A stretch of 64,000 nucleotides of DNA from Methylobacterium frigidaeris (GTDB lineage Bacteria > Pseudomonadota > Alphaproteobacteria > Rhizobiales > Beijerinckiaceae), in contig JAQIJK010000002.1 in assembly GCA_036946295.1 (NCBI GenBank), forward strand, positions 122,350 through 186,349, in the 5' to 3' direction. The position numbers were made by a program, and so were the translations under genes. Positions 13,140 to 22,388 of the stretch are shown here, piece by piece. Each line of letters begins with the position of its first letter. Within the stretch, counting starts at the first letter, position 1. The notes beneath the pieces were generated by a model, which saw only the letters and a program-made list of their open reading frames with translations, made no database searches and was not told where the DNA came from.

Positions 13140-14540
13140 TCAGAGGGCCGGGTGGCGGCGGTGCCAGTCGGTGGCGCCCTGGAAGGCGTGGCCGGCCCGC
13201 ACCAGGGCGGCCTCGCCGAAATGCGGGCCGACGAGCTGGAAGCCCACCGGCGCGCCGGCCGCGGTGAAGCCGCCCGGCAGGGTGATGGTCGGGCTGCCGG
13301 TCATGTCGAACGGGCAGGTGAAGCGCAGAAGCCCGTTCATCAGCGCCGCGTCCTCGCCGAGGGTCGCCATCGTGGCGAGGGTCGGGCCGGCGAAGGCCTG
13401 GACCGGCACCGCCAGCAGGTCGATGTCCTCGAACAGCGCCCGCACCCGGCCGCGGAAATCCTCCCGGCGCAGGATGATCTTCTGGACGTCGAGGCCGGAT
13501 TGCGCCCGCCCGAGCTCGATCAGCCCCGACAAGGCCGGCCCGTACTCGTCCCTGCGCGCCGGGTAGGTCGCCTCGTGCGCCACCGCGGTCTCGATCCCGC
13601 AGAGCGGGAACCAGTCGGTGATGGCGGCGGTCGGATCGGGAAAGCGCACCGGGACGACCTTCGCGCCGAGCCCGGTGAGCACGTCGATCGCCGCCCGCGT
13701 CACCGCGTGGGCGACCGGGTCGACGTCGCGGGCGATCCAGTCGGCGTCGACGCCGAGGCGCAGGCCGGCGATGCCGCCGCCGAGGGCCGCGGCGAAATCC
13801 GGCACCGGAAGCGGGACCGCGGTCGGATCGTCGGGATCGGCCCCCGCGATCACGCCCAGGATCGCGCCGCAATCGGCGGCGCTGCGGGCCATCGGGCCGA
13901 TATGGTCGAGGGTGGCGGCGAGTTCGAACACGCCGTAGCGGCTGACCCGGCCCCAGGTCGGCTTGAGGCCGGTGATGCCGTTGGCGGCCGAGGGGAAGCG
14001 GATCGAGCCGCCGGTGTCCGAGCCGAGGGAGCCGTAGCACAGCCCGGCGGCGGTCGCGACGCCCGAGCCGCTCGACGAGGCGCCGGCCCAGAACCCCGCG
14101 CCCCAGGGATTGCGCGGGGGCGTGACGGCCGGGTGGTGGTCGGCATAAGCTCCCTCGGTGAGCTGAAGCTTGCCCAGGATGACGGCGCCGGCATCGCGCA
14201 GGCGCTTGACCACCGTCGCGTCGTCGGCCGGCCGGTTGTCGCGGTGGATCGTCATCCCGGCGGCGGTGGGGGCGTCGGTCGTCCAGCACAGATCCTTCAC
14301 CGCGAAGGGCACGCCGTGAAGCGGCCCGCGGTTGCGGCCGGATTCCAGCTCCGCGTCGGCGGCGCGGGCGGCCGCGAGGGCGCTCTCGGCCATGACGCAG
14401 GCATAGCTGTTGAGCTGCCCGTCGAGGCGCCGGATGCGGTCGAGCTGGGCCTGCGTCGCCTCGACGGACGAGACCTGCCGCGCGGCGATCCGCCGGCCGA
14501 TCTCCAGAAGCTCGCACGCGTGCAGGTCGGCGTCGGACAC
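13140..14540 (-). CDS. Amidase-signature family amidase
   Basis: GVPFAVKDL, GASSSGSGVA, GSDTGGSIRFPS; GTG start with GAGGGGAGAG RBS. Confidence 0.9.
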   Translation of the reverse strand: MSDADLHACELLEIGRRIAARQVSSVEATQAQLDRIRRLDGQLNSYACVMAESALAAARAADAELESGRNRGPLHGVPFAVKDLCWTTDAPTAAGMTIHRDNRPADDATVVKRLRDAGAVILGKLQLTEGAYADHHPAVTPPRNPWGAGFWAGASSSGSGVATAAGLCYGSLGSDTGGSIRFPSAANGITGLKPTWGRVSRYGVFELAATLDHIGPMARSAADCGAILGVIAGADPDDPTAVPLPVPDFAAALGGGIAGLRLGVDADWIARDVDPVAHAVTRAAIDVLTGLGAKVVPVRFPDPTAAITDWFPLCGIETAVAHEATYPARRDEYGPALSGLIELGRAQSGLDVQKIILRREDFRGRVRALFEDIDLLAVPVQAFAGPTLATMATLGEDAALMNGLLRFTCPFDMTGSPTITLPGGFTAAGAPVGFQLVGPHFGEAALVRAGHAFQGATDWHRRHPAL

Positions 14541-14783
14541 GGCGTCTCTCTCCCCTCGGCTCACGGTGCCGCCTCCCGGCCTCGCGGAACGAGACGATGG
14601 CCCCCGCCCAGCCAACACCGAAAGGCCGCCCAGGGCAGATGGGAGGCCCGGAACGGCAGCATTGCCACTGTATCGCGTCAGGTGCGAGCAGGATCGCACC
14701 GGGTCGACATCTTGATGAAGCTTGCCTCAGACGATGCTGGCTGAAGACAAACCGGCCGGTGGCGAGATCGGAATGGTCGGATG

Positions 14784-14812
14784 ATGATGTCGCCAAGGCG
14801 GGCGGCCGTCAA
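14784..14812 (-). promoter_or_regulatory. Putative sigma70 promoter for amidase
   Basis: TTGACG-N17-CATCAT on the minus strand, about 240 nt upstream of the amidase start. Confidence 0.45.
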
Positions 14813-15104
14813 TCGGGGTCCGACGGCTTTTTGACCGGCCTCTCGTCGCCGCATCGGCGCGGAGACGGCGGGACCGGCGGAGGCGCCCCGCGGACGGCGT
14901 GCTCCTCGGGTTGAGCCGCCCGCGCCGAAACCGCGGACCGGTTCGCCCGCGCGGCGCGCGAGGCGGCGGGCAGGATCGCGGTGCGGCTCACCCCGCGGCC
15001 GGCATGACAAGCTGGGCAATAATCGACGCAATCGGTGCGCAACAGCGCACCCATAGAGGTCCGGCTCACGAACGGCCGACAACGGCCGCGGAGGGGGACT
15101 GATC

Positions 15105-15200
15105 ATGCTGCCTTTCTTCAGGATCGTCATCGCAGGCGTCATTCTCGTCGCGTGGAGCCACATCGCTCCCGTCCTGACGGCGCTCGGCGCGATGCCATAG
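15105..15200 (+). CDS. Small hydrophobic membrane peptide (31 aa)
   Basis: MLPFFRIVIAGVILVAWSHIAPVLTALGAMP*, RBS GGAGGGGGA upstream; below ORF-track cutoff. Confidence 0.5.
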   Translation: MLPFFRIVIAGVILVAWSHIAPVLTALGAMP

Positions 15201-15587
15201 GGACGGACGGGGCAGGGCGCCGGCGGATGCCGGACAGCGATGGAGGCGAGGGCGCCGGCCGGCTCTCGCGCGGATCGCCCCCGGCGAGGGTCACGGCTGC
15301 GATCAGGGCCTGATCCCGGAATCAGGCCCGCTACGAGTCCCGCACGATCCCGGCGAGAAGATCCCGACGACGGCCCGCGGTCGCCCCTCGGCGCCAACCC
15401 TCGGCATCCCTGGGCCTTCACCGCCGCGTCGCCGATGGGTTCGTCGAATCCGGCGACGGGCCGGCTCGTCCGCCTGCCCTCCGAGCCCGGTCCCGACGGG
15501 CAATCCATGGCACGTCGCACGATCCGGACGGGTGGGCGTTATGCGAGGGGATCCGTCCCCCTCCGGTCGGGACGAAAGGAACTGACG

Positions 15588-15833
15588 ATGGCGAAGCTCT
15601 TCATCGCGAAGGTCGGCACATCCCGCCCGCTCGTGACCGTTCGCGCCTCGGGCGAAGGCGAGGCCCGGCTCTTTCTGGAGGCGGCCTACCCCGACGAGAC
15701 GATCGAGGCCGTGGCCGAGCCGAGCGACTGGGCGAGCGACGCCGATACGGGCGACGCGGCGGGCGACATCCGCGAGCATCCCGGCGTGACGTGGCAGGCG
15801 CCGTCGAGCCTCGCCGAGCGGCCCGGCTCGTGA
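15588..15833 (+). CDS. Hypothetical small acidic protein (81 aa)
   Basis: AAGGA RBS before ATG; MAKLFIAKVGTSRPLVTVRASGEGEARLFLEAAYPD; strong GC3 codon bias. Confidence 0.7.
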   Translation: MAKLFIAKVGTSRPLVTVRASGEGEARLFLEAAYPDETIEAVAEPSDWASDADTGDAAGDIREHPGVTWQAPSSLAERPGS

Positions 15834-16022
15834 TGTCGGCCGGCTGAGCCGGCCTCGATCCCCGTCCTCGCGACCCGCCTCGGCGGCCCGTCCGCAGCGC
15901 CGCCCGATTTCGCGCGGACGGGTGCCGCGGCCCCGCCGAACGGATCGCCCGGATACCGGTCCGGTCGGGCCGTGTCCGCTCGCCGCCAGCGCGGCGAGGG
16001 GCACGGCGGTCCTCCTGCCGGC

Positions 16023-17471
16023 CTACGGGATGACCGGCGGAGCGTAGGTGAAGGTGGTCATCAGGTAGGAGGCCAGGATCATCACGATCGGGAAGTGGAT
16101 GAAGAACTGCATCGACGTGTAGCCGATCAGGTCCTTCGACTTGAGGCCGAGCACGCCGAGAAGCGGCAGCATCCAGAACGGATTGATGAAGTTCGGCAGC
16201 GTCTCGGCGATGTTGTAGACCATCACGGTCCAGCCGAGATGGGCGCCGATCTCGTTGGCGGCCTTCATGACGTAGGGCGCCTCGATCACCCACTTGCCGC
16301 CGGCCGAGGGGATGAAGAAGCCGAGGGTCGCCGAGTACAGGCCGACGATCAGCGAGAAGGCGCCGGAATCGTGCGCGAGGCTCACGAACCAATGCGCGAT
16401 CGTGTCCGACAGGGTGGCGCCGGCGCCGTTCTTCACCCGCGTCAGCATGTAGGCGATCCCGCCGTAGAACGGGAACTGGAGCAGGACGCCGGCGACGCTC
16501 GGCATCGCGTGCGAGAAGCTCGTCAGGAAGCCCCGCGGCCGCCAGTGCAGCAGCGCCCCGACCAGCAGGAAGACGAAGTTGTAGGTGTTGAGCCCCGACA
16601 TCGTGATGAGCGGGTTGCCCGCCTTGAAGGTCTCGAACAGCCACCCGGCCGCCAGCACCACCGTGAGGATCGTCAGGATCGGGCTGAATTCGAGGTAGTC
16701 GCCGGGTCGCGCCGGGCGCTGGTCCTCCGCCTTGGCGTCCACGAGGCTCACGCCGAGGTCGGCCGCGGTGACGGCGTTGGCGTCGGACGGGGTGGTGTAG
16801 TGGCAGATGGCGGCCGAGAGCAGCGTGCCGACGCCGATGACGAGCAGGTTCTGCCAGGTCAGGATCGTCTCGTAGAAGCTGATCACGCCGGTGATCGGCA
16901 TGAGCGAGGCGGGGATGCTCGCCGGGGTGGCCTGGAGCTGGGCGGCGGACGAGCTGATGCCGAGCGTGAACCCGAAGCCGAGGCCGAGATAGCCGGCCGC
17001 GCCGGCCGCCCGGTAGTCGAGCCGGAGGTCGCCGCGGCGAGCGATCTCGCGGACCAGCAGCCCCGAGAAGATCAGGCTCACGCCCCAGTTCACGAGCGAG
17101 AGCAGGATGCTGACCACGCCGACGAAGACGACGGCGCCCCGCCCCGTCCGGGGGAAGGCCGCCGCGCGGCGCATGAGCCGCGCCACCGGGGGTGAGACGG
17201 CGACGACGTAGCCGCCGACCGCCACGAGCGCCATCTGCATCGTGAACGGGATCAGGCTCCAGAAGCCGTCGCCGAAGGCCCGGCTGACGCCCACGGCCTC
17301 GCCCCCGTGCAGCAGGACGCCGCCGGCGACCAGGATCGTGGCGAGAAGCACGAAGATGTAGGCGTCGGGAAACCACCGCTCGGCGAAGGCCACCATCACC
17401 TGGGAGAGGCGCACCAGGACGTTCTCCCGCGGTGGGGCCTGCGTGGAAGCGGGGGCAAGGGTCCGGCTCAT
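16023..17471 (-). CDS. atoE: AtoE/TIGR00366 short-chain fatty acid transporter
   Basis: AERWFPDAYIF, GFWSLIPFTMQM, FFIPSAGGKWVIEAPY, NFINPFWMLPLLG. Confidence 0.85.
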   Translation of the reverse strand: MSRTLAPASTQAPPRENVLVRLSQVMVAFAERWFPDAYIFVLLATILVAGGVLLHGGEAVGVSRAFGDGFWSLIPFTMQMALVAVGGYVVAVSPPVARLMRRAAAFPRTGRGAVVFVGVVSILLSLVNWGVSLIFSGLLVREIARRGDLRLDYRAAGAAGYLGLGFGFTLGISSSAAQLQATPASIPASLMPITGVISFYETILTWQNLLVIGVGTLLSAAICHYTTPSDANAVTAADLGVSLVDAKAEDQRPARPGDYLEFSPILTILTVVLAAGWLFETFKAGNPLITMSGLNTYNFVFLLVGALLHWRPRGFLTSFSHAMPSVAGVLLQFPFYGGIAYMLTRVKNGAGATLSDTIAHWFVSLAHDSGAFSLIVGLYSATLGFFIPSAGGKWVIEAPYVMKAANEIGAHLGWTVMVYNIAETLPNFINPFWMLPLLGVLGLKSKDLIGYTSMQFFIHFPIVMILASYLMTTFTYAPPVIP

Positions 17472-17484
17472 GGAAAGCTCCTTC

Positions 17485-17653
17485 TCGTACGGTTCTCGAT
17501 GGGTCGCTTCGGGCGATTCCTGCGGGATCGCGGCGATTGCGGAGCAATCGCGACGCGAGGCGGAAACCGGCTTCGCTCATGCGTGCGGAGCAAAGCTCCG
17601 CCGCGCGGGCTGGTGATGCGGAATCCGGAAGCAATCTTCCGGATTCCGCATCA
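17485..17653. repeat. Modular palindromic repeat, modules B+A, ending at Mo-enzyme stop codon
   Basis: A hairpin TGATGCGGAATCCGGAAG-CAAT-CTTCCGGATTCCGCATCA (17614-17653, perfect 18-bp stem, two GANTC sites); terminal TCA is the minus-strand stop. Confidence 0.88.
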
Positions 17654-20600
17654 GGCATCGAGCACGCAGTCGGCGAGCGGGACGGCGCGGCAGGTCAGGC
17701 AGTGGTCGGAGGGGCCGTCGTAGGCGGCGAGGTGCGCGACCGTCCCGGTGGCGAGCCTCACCTGGCAGCTCTCGCACTGGCCGGTGCGGCAGCCGCTCGG
17801 CAGGCGCAGGCCGGCCTTCTCGGCGGCATCGAGCAGGGTTCCGGCGCCGGGCGACCAGAGGAAGCTCGCCCGGCTGCGGGCGAGCGCGATGGTCCGCGGG
17901 GCGAGGTCCGGCGGAACGTCGGCCCGGGCGCCGAACAGTTCGCTGGCGATGTCGAAGCGCGGCACCCCCCAGCCGCGCAGGAGCGAGGTCGCGTCCGCCA
18001 CGAACGCCTCCGGGCCGCAGATGTAGGCGAGGGGGTGCTGGCCCGGAAACGGCGACGGCAGATCGAGGAGGGCGGACCGTCCGGTCCGGTCGTAGTCCCG
18101 GCCGGGGTGGTCCCCCGGCGCCGGCCGCGTGAAGACATGCGTCGCCGCGAATCCCGGCAGGCGGGGGGCGAGCGCCCGCATTCGGGCGCCGAAGGGATGC
18201 GCGGTCCCGTCGCGGCAGACGTAGACGAGCCGGATCCCGGGCGGGCAGTGCGGAATGCCGGCATCGGCGAGCGCCTCGAGGTAGCTCACGAAGGGCGTGA
18301 TGCCGATGCCCGCGGCGAGCAGGATGACGGGACGGTTCCCGCCCAGGGGCGGCGTGAACGTGCCGTGCGGGGCCTCCAGCGACAGGGTCGCGCCGACCCC
18401 GAGGCCGTGGAGGTGGGACGACATCCGTCCCGGCGTCGCCGTTCCGGGGCCGACCAGCTTCACGGCGATGTCGTAGCGCGCGGGGTGCCGGTGCGGGCCG
18501 GTGAGCGAGTAGGCCCGCGCCAAACCTCCCTCCGTGGCCACGCGGACGTGCTGCCCGGGCTGGAACCCGGCGAGGGGGCCGCCATCCGCCGGCGCGAGGG
18601 AGAGAGCCAGAACATCCGCGGCTTCGTGTCGGACCGCCGCGATCGTGAAGGCGCGCCCTCCGCTCCACCAGCCGCGGCTGCGCGCCTCGTCCCGGGTGAT
18701 GTCGCAGGCGACCGCGCGAAGCGGCACCGACCCGCTCACCGGGTCCCGGCTCTCGTCCGAGAGCGCGTCGTTGACGTTCAGGGTGTCCGGACCGGCCTCC
18801 GGGGTGCGCGGCCGCCCGAGAGGCGGACAATCCTCCCACCAGCCGAACTCCGCGATGACCGTGTCGTCCGCGAGCGTCGGATCGAGGCGGGCGCGCAGCC
18901 GGGCCGTCCCGTGCGTCGTGCGCAGGACGACCCAGTCGCCGGCCCGGATGCCGCGGGCGGCGGCGGCGGCGGGGCTGATCTCGACCGAGGGATCCGGTGC
19001 CTTGCGGCGGAGCGAGGCGACGTGCCGGTGCGAGCTGTGAACGTACCAGCCGGACTTCGCGGTCGAAAGCCAGAGCGGCAACGTCGGATCGCCGCCTCCG
19101 GCGGGCGCGACGAAGGAGGGCAGGGGCGGGTGGCCGTGCTCCAGCAGGAGTTCGGAATAGAGCTCGGCCCGGCCGGTCGGCGTGGCGAAGCCCGCGGGGC
19201 TTCCGTCCGCGCCCGGCGCGGCGTACTTGCGTTCCGGACAGAGTTGCGGGATGCGGACGCCGTCCGGACGCGCGCGCAGCTCCGCCACGGTCAGTCCGAG
19301 CGGCGCGAGCTGGTGGTTCCAGCCGGCCTCGACCGAACCACCGAAGAACGCCTCGGCGTGGCCGAGCCGGCAGGCGAGGTCGAACACGATCTCGTAATCC
19401 GCCCGCGTCTCGGCGAGGGACGGGAGCATCGCCTGGCGCAGTTGCACCAGCTCGACGGCCTCCTGGGTGATCTCGAAGCCGACCTTCAGCGCCTCGCGCT
19501 CCCAGGGCATGCTGGCCGGGAGCACGATGTCGGCGTTCTCCGCCGTCGGATTCATGAACATGTCGACGTGGACGTGGAAGCCGAGCGCCCGCAACGCCTC
19601 CCGGTTGCGGGCCGACCCTCCTTGCGACACCGCGAAGTTGGTGCCGAAGCTCATCAGGGCTTCGACGCGGTAGGGCTCCGCCTCCAGCACCGCGCGCGCG
19701 AAGTCGCGGGCCGTGATCCAGCCCCTGGCAGGCGGGCCGAGCGGCAGGGCGGCGAGGCCGAGGGCCTTCGCCCGCTGGTGCGGCGCCAGCAAGCCGTAGT
19801 CGTTCACGCTCCGGGACGGGGGCGCCACGGTCCAGAGATTGCCGCCGGCCCGGTCGTTCGCTCCCGTGAGGGCGTAGAGGGCTGAGATCGCCCGCTCGGT
19901 CTGGGTCGCGTTGGTGTGCTGCCCGACCCCGGTCCAGGAATGGTAGGCGAGACGTGGCGAGTTCTCGAACAGCGCGTAGAACCGGGCGAGATCATCGGGG
20001 CCGAGGCCGGTGATCCGCGCGACGTGGTCGGGTGTGTATGCGGCGGCGTCCCGTCGCAGCAGCGTGAACGCGGTCGCGCAGCGCAGGCGGCGTCCGTCGC
20101 CCGCCGGCAGCACGGCCTCGCCCTCCAGCAGGATCGCGGGATCGTCGGGATCGGAGTTCCCCGGGCGCGGCCCGTCGGGGCCGAGCACCATGAAGCCGGT
20201 GTCCGAGCTGCCGGGCCGGAGGTCGCAGGCCCGAACGAAGCGTCCGGTGTCGCGATCGACCAGGAACGGCGCGTTCGTCCAGCGCCGCACGAAGGGGGTG
20301 TCGTACCGCTGCGTCGCGATCAGGTGCCGGATGGCTCCCATGGCGAGGGCCGCGTCGGTGCCGGGACGAACGCGCAGCCACAGATCGGCATCCTCGCCCG
20401 ACCCGCCGCGCTTGGGATCGACGACGGCCACCGTCGCGCCGCGGCGGCGCGCCGCCGCCACGCGGGTCGCCTGGGCGAGCCAGGTCCGGGCCGGATTGTG
20501 CCCCCACAGCACGATCACGTCCGCGCGGTCGTAGTCGGCCGCGCCGATGCCGCGTCCGAACGTGAGAGCCTGGGCGTAGTCCTTGTGCCAGCCGCAGACC

Positions 20601-21019
20601 TCGACGGCGTAGATCAGGTTCGGGCTGCCGAAGACCCGGATGAAGCGCTCCACCCACTCGAAGCTGTCCACCATCGGCGTGCCGCTCGGGGTGGTGACGG
20701 CGAAGGCGACGGCCTCGGCCCCACGCTGCGCCCGGATCCCGCCGAGGCGGGACGCGATCTCGGCCAGCGCCTCGTCCCAGGAGATCGGCACGAAGCCGGG
20801 ATCCGGGTGGTGGCGCGATCGCGTGCGCCGGAGCGGAACGGTCAGCCGCCGCGGGCTGCCCACCAGCTCGGGAGCAGCGCGCCCCTTGGCGCAGAGCGCG
20901 GCGCCGGTGGGATGGTCCGGGTTCGGACGCACGCTCACGAGCCGGCCGTCCTCGACCTCGTTGAGGGAGCCGCACCGCGAGCGGCAGAGGGTGCAGTAGC
21001 CCGCCTTGACCTCGATCAC
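17651..21019 (-). CDS. DMSO-reductase-family Mo/W-bisPGD enzyme fused to FNR-type FAD/NAD(P)H reductase and [2Fe-2S] ferredoxin
   Basis: CTLCRSRC..C [4Fe-4S]; WGHNPA, VRPGTDAALA, ADIVLPA; C-terminal RAYSLTG, LLAAGIGITP, YICGP, CRTGQCESC..C. Confidence 0.88.
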   Translation of the reverse strand: MIEVKAGYCTLCRSRCGSLNEVEDGRLVSVRPNPDHPTGAALCAKGRAAPELVGSPRRLTVPLRRTRSRHHPDPGFVPISWDEALAEIASRLGGIRAQRGAEAVAFAVTTPSGTPMVDSFEWVERFIRVFGSPNLIYAVEVCGWHKDYAQALTFGRGIGAADYDRADVIVLWGHNPARTWLAQATRVAAARRRGATVAVVDPKRGGSGEDADLWLRVRPGTDAALAMGAIRHLIATQRYDTPFVRRWTNAPFLVDRDTGRFVRACDLRPGSSDTGFMVLGPDGPRPGNSDPDDPAILLEGEAVLPAGDGRRLRCATAFTLLRRDAAAYTPDHVARITGLGPDDLARFYALFENSPRLAYHSWTGVGQHTNATQTERAISALYALTGANDRAGGNLWTVAPPSRSVNDYGLLAPHQRAKALGLAALPLGPPARGWITARDFARAVLEAEPYRVEALMSFGTNFAVSQGGSARNREALRALGFHVHVDMFMNPTAENADIVLPASMPWEREALKVGFEITQEAVELVQLRQAMLPSLAETRADYEIVFDLACRLGHAEAFFGGSVEAGWNHQLAPLGLTVAELRARPDGVRIPQLCPERKYAAPGADGSPAGFATPTGRAELYSELLLEHGHPPLPSFVAPAGGGDPTLPLWLSTAKSGWYVHSSHRHVASLRRKAPDPSVEISPAAAAARGIRAGDWVVLRTTHGTARLRARLDPTLADDTVIAEFGWWEDCPPLGRPRTPEAGPDTLNVNDALSDESRDPVSGSVPLRAVACDITRDEARSRGWWSGGRAFTIAAVRHEAADVLALSLAPADGGPLAGFQPGQHVRVATEGGLARAYSLTGPHRHPARYDIAVKLVGPGTATPGRMSSHLHGLGVGATLSLEAPHGTFTPPLGGNRPVILLAAGIGITPFVSYLEALADAGIPHCPPGIRLVYVCRDGTAHPFGARMRALAPRLPGFAATHVFTRPAPGDHPGRDYDRTGRSALLDLPSPFPGQHPLAYICGPEAFVADATSLLRGWGVPRFDIASELFGARADVPPDLAPRTIALARSRASFLWSPGAGTLLDAAEKAGLRLPSGCRTGQCESCQVRLATGTVAHLAAYDGPSDHCLTCRAVPLADCVLDA

Positions 21020-21097
21020 TCCGGCCTCCCCCGATAGGTAGTGCGTGACGCGCTATATTGAGACGCGTCGCGCGCCACCGCAAGTCGGTATCGAACT

Positions 21098-21192
21098 CGT
21101 ATCACCGGCCCGCGCGGCGCGGAGCAAAGCTCTGCGCGCACCTGAGCGAAGCCGGTTTCCGCGTTGCGAAGCGATCAATCGGAAATCGTATA
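21098..21192. repeat. Modular palindromic repeat (decayed A end + inverted B) in divergent promoter region
   Basis: CGTATCACCGGCCCGCGCGGCGCGGAGCAAAGCTCTGCGC..TGAGCGAAGCCGGTTTCCGCGTTGCGAAGCGATCAATCGGAAATCGTATA. Confidence 0.8.
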
Positions 21193-21213
21193 ACAGGCAG
21201 CGGAGGTCGAAGA

Positions 21214-21909
21214 ATGGTCAGCACTCAGAACGCCGCCCCGGTGCCGGTGGCCACCGAAGCCAATCTGCGCGAGCAGGTGCAGCAGCGCCTTCGCCTCGGC
21301 ATCGTGTCGGGGGAAATCGGGCCGGGAACCATCCTGTCCGTCCCGGCCCAGGCGCGGATTCTCGGCGTTTCGACCACGCCCGTGCGGGAGGCGCTCCTGC
21401 AGCTCACCGCGGACGGCCTGCTTCAGCCGCTGCGCAACCGCGGCTTCTGCGTGGTCGAGCCGACGCTCGAGGAACTGCGCAACCTGTTCGAGGTCCGGTT
21501 GCAGCTCGAAACCTCGGCCTTCGTGAAGCTGGTGCGAGGCGGGCTGGACGACGTCTCGGAACTCACGACGCAGGCGGATGCCATCGCCCGGGCCGTGCGC
21601 GCGAACGACGTCCAGCTCTACCTTGCCGCCGACCGCGCCTTCCACCGGGAGTTGCTGTCCCGGGCCGGGAACGCCGTCCTGGCCGGGATCGTGATGCGGC
21701 TGCGGGACACGATGAGGTTGTATGGCATCGGCTCGGAAGCCGGGTTGGCCCGCCAGGAGGAATCGGTTCCCGAACACTACCGCATCATCGAGATGCTGCA
21801 GCGGGGTGGCGAGCCCGAAGCCGCGTCGGCGCTCATGCACAAGCACATCATGGATTGGGAGCCGATCTTCTCGGAATTTCTCAGGATCGGCGAGCCCTGT
21901 CGCGATTGA
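21214..21909 (+). CDS. GntR family regulator (HTH + FCD)
   Basis: LGVSTTPVREALLQL..RNRGF; DRAFHRELL; GGAGG RBS. Confidence 0.9.
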   Translation: MVSTQNAAPVPVATEANLREQVQQRLRLGIVSGEIGPGTILSVPAQARILGVSTTPVREALLQLTADGLLQPLRNRGFCVVEPTLEELRNLFEVRLQLETSAFVKLVRGGLDDVSELTTQADAIARAVRANDVQLYLAADRAFHRELLSRAGNAVLAGIVMRLRDTMRLYGIGSEAGLARQEESVPEHYRIIEMLQRGGEPEAASALMHKHIMDWEPIFSEFLRIGEPCRD

Positions 21910-22075
21910 GTTCAGGGCCATCGCTTCGAGCCCGCATTCTCCGATCGGAGAAGCTGGTGCCGCCAGGGGGGGCCCCTGACCCCGGCGGGCGTGTCGCAGG
22001 TGAAGGACCGCCGAGCGGGGGCCGGCCGGCCGAGGCACGATCGTCATCGTCCCCGACCGGCCGGCGGAACGCTGG

Positions 22076-22387
22076 TCAGTGGCTGATCATCCACGGCCGT
22101 GCCGCCGGGAAGCCCTTCGCGGCGGCCGGCGCCGCCGCGGTCTTCTTCGGCGCGCAGCAGCCGCAGCCGGGGCCGTGGCTGCGCCTCGGCGCGTGGCGGC
22201 TGCGCTCGTTGGTGGCGTGGGCCGCCTTCAGCCCCGCATCCATGCCCGACAGGCGCGGCGCGGTGAGGAAGGCGCGCCCGCACGCCTCGCCGCAATCCGG
22301 GCAGTCGTGGGGATCGCGGAACTGCGCCATCGGGCGCAGGACCGTGAACGGGCCGCAGGACTCGCAGGAATAGTCGTAGACCGGCAT
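22076..22387 (-). CDS. fmdB: FmdB family zinc-ribbon protein
   Basis: MPVYDYSCESCGPF..CPDCG; directly after fmdA. Confidence 0.9.
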   Translation of the reverse strand: MPVYDYSCESCGPFTVLRPMAQFRDPHDCPDCGEACGRAFLTAPRLSGMDAGLKAAHATNERSRHAPRRSHGPGCGCCAPKKTAAAPAAAKGFPAARPWMISH

Positions 22388-22388
22388 G

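Noticed and set aside
15200-15587. Additional ORFs in this spacer
   Set aside because: Frames are interrupted or low-complexity with no recognisable family.
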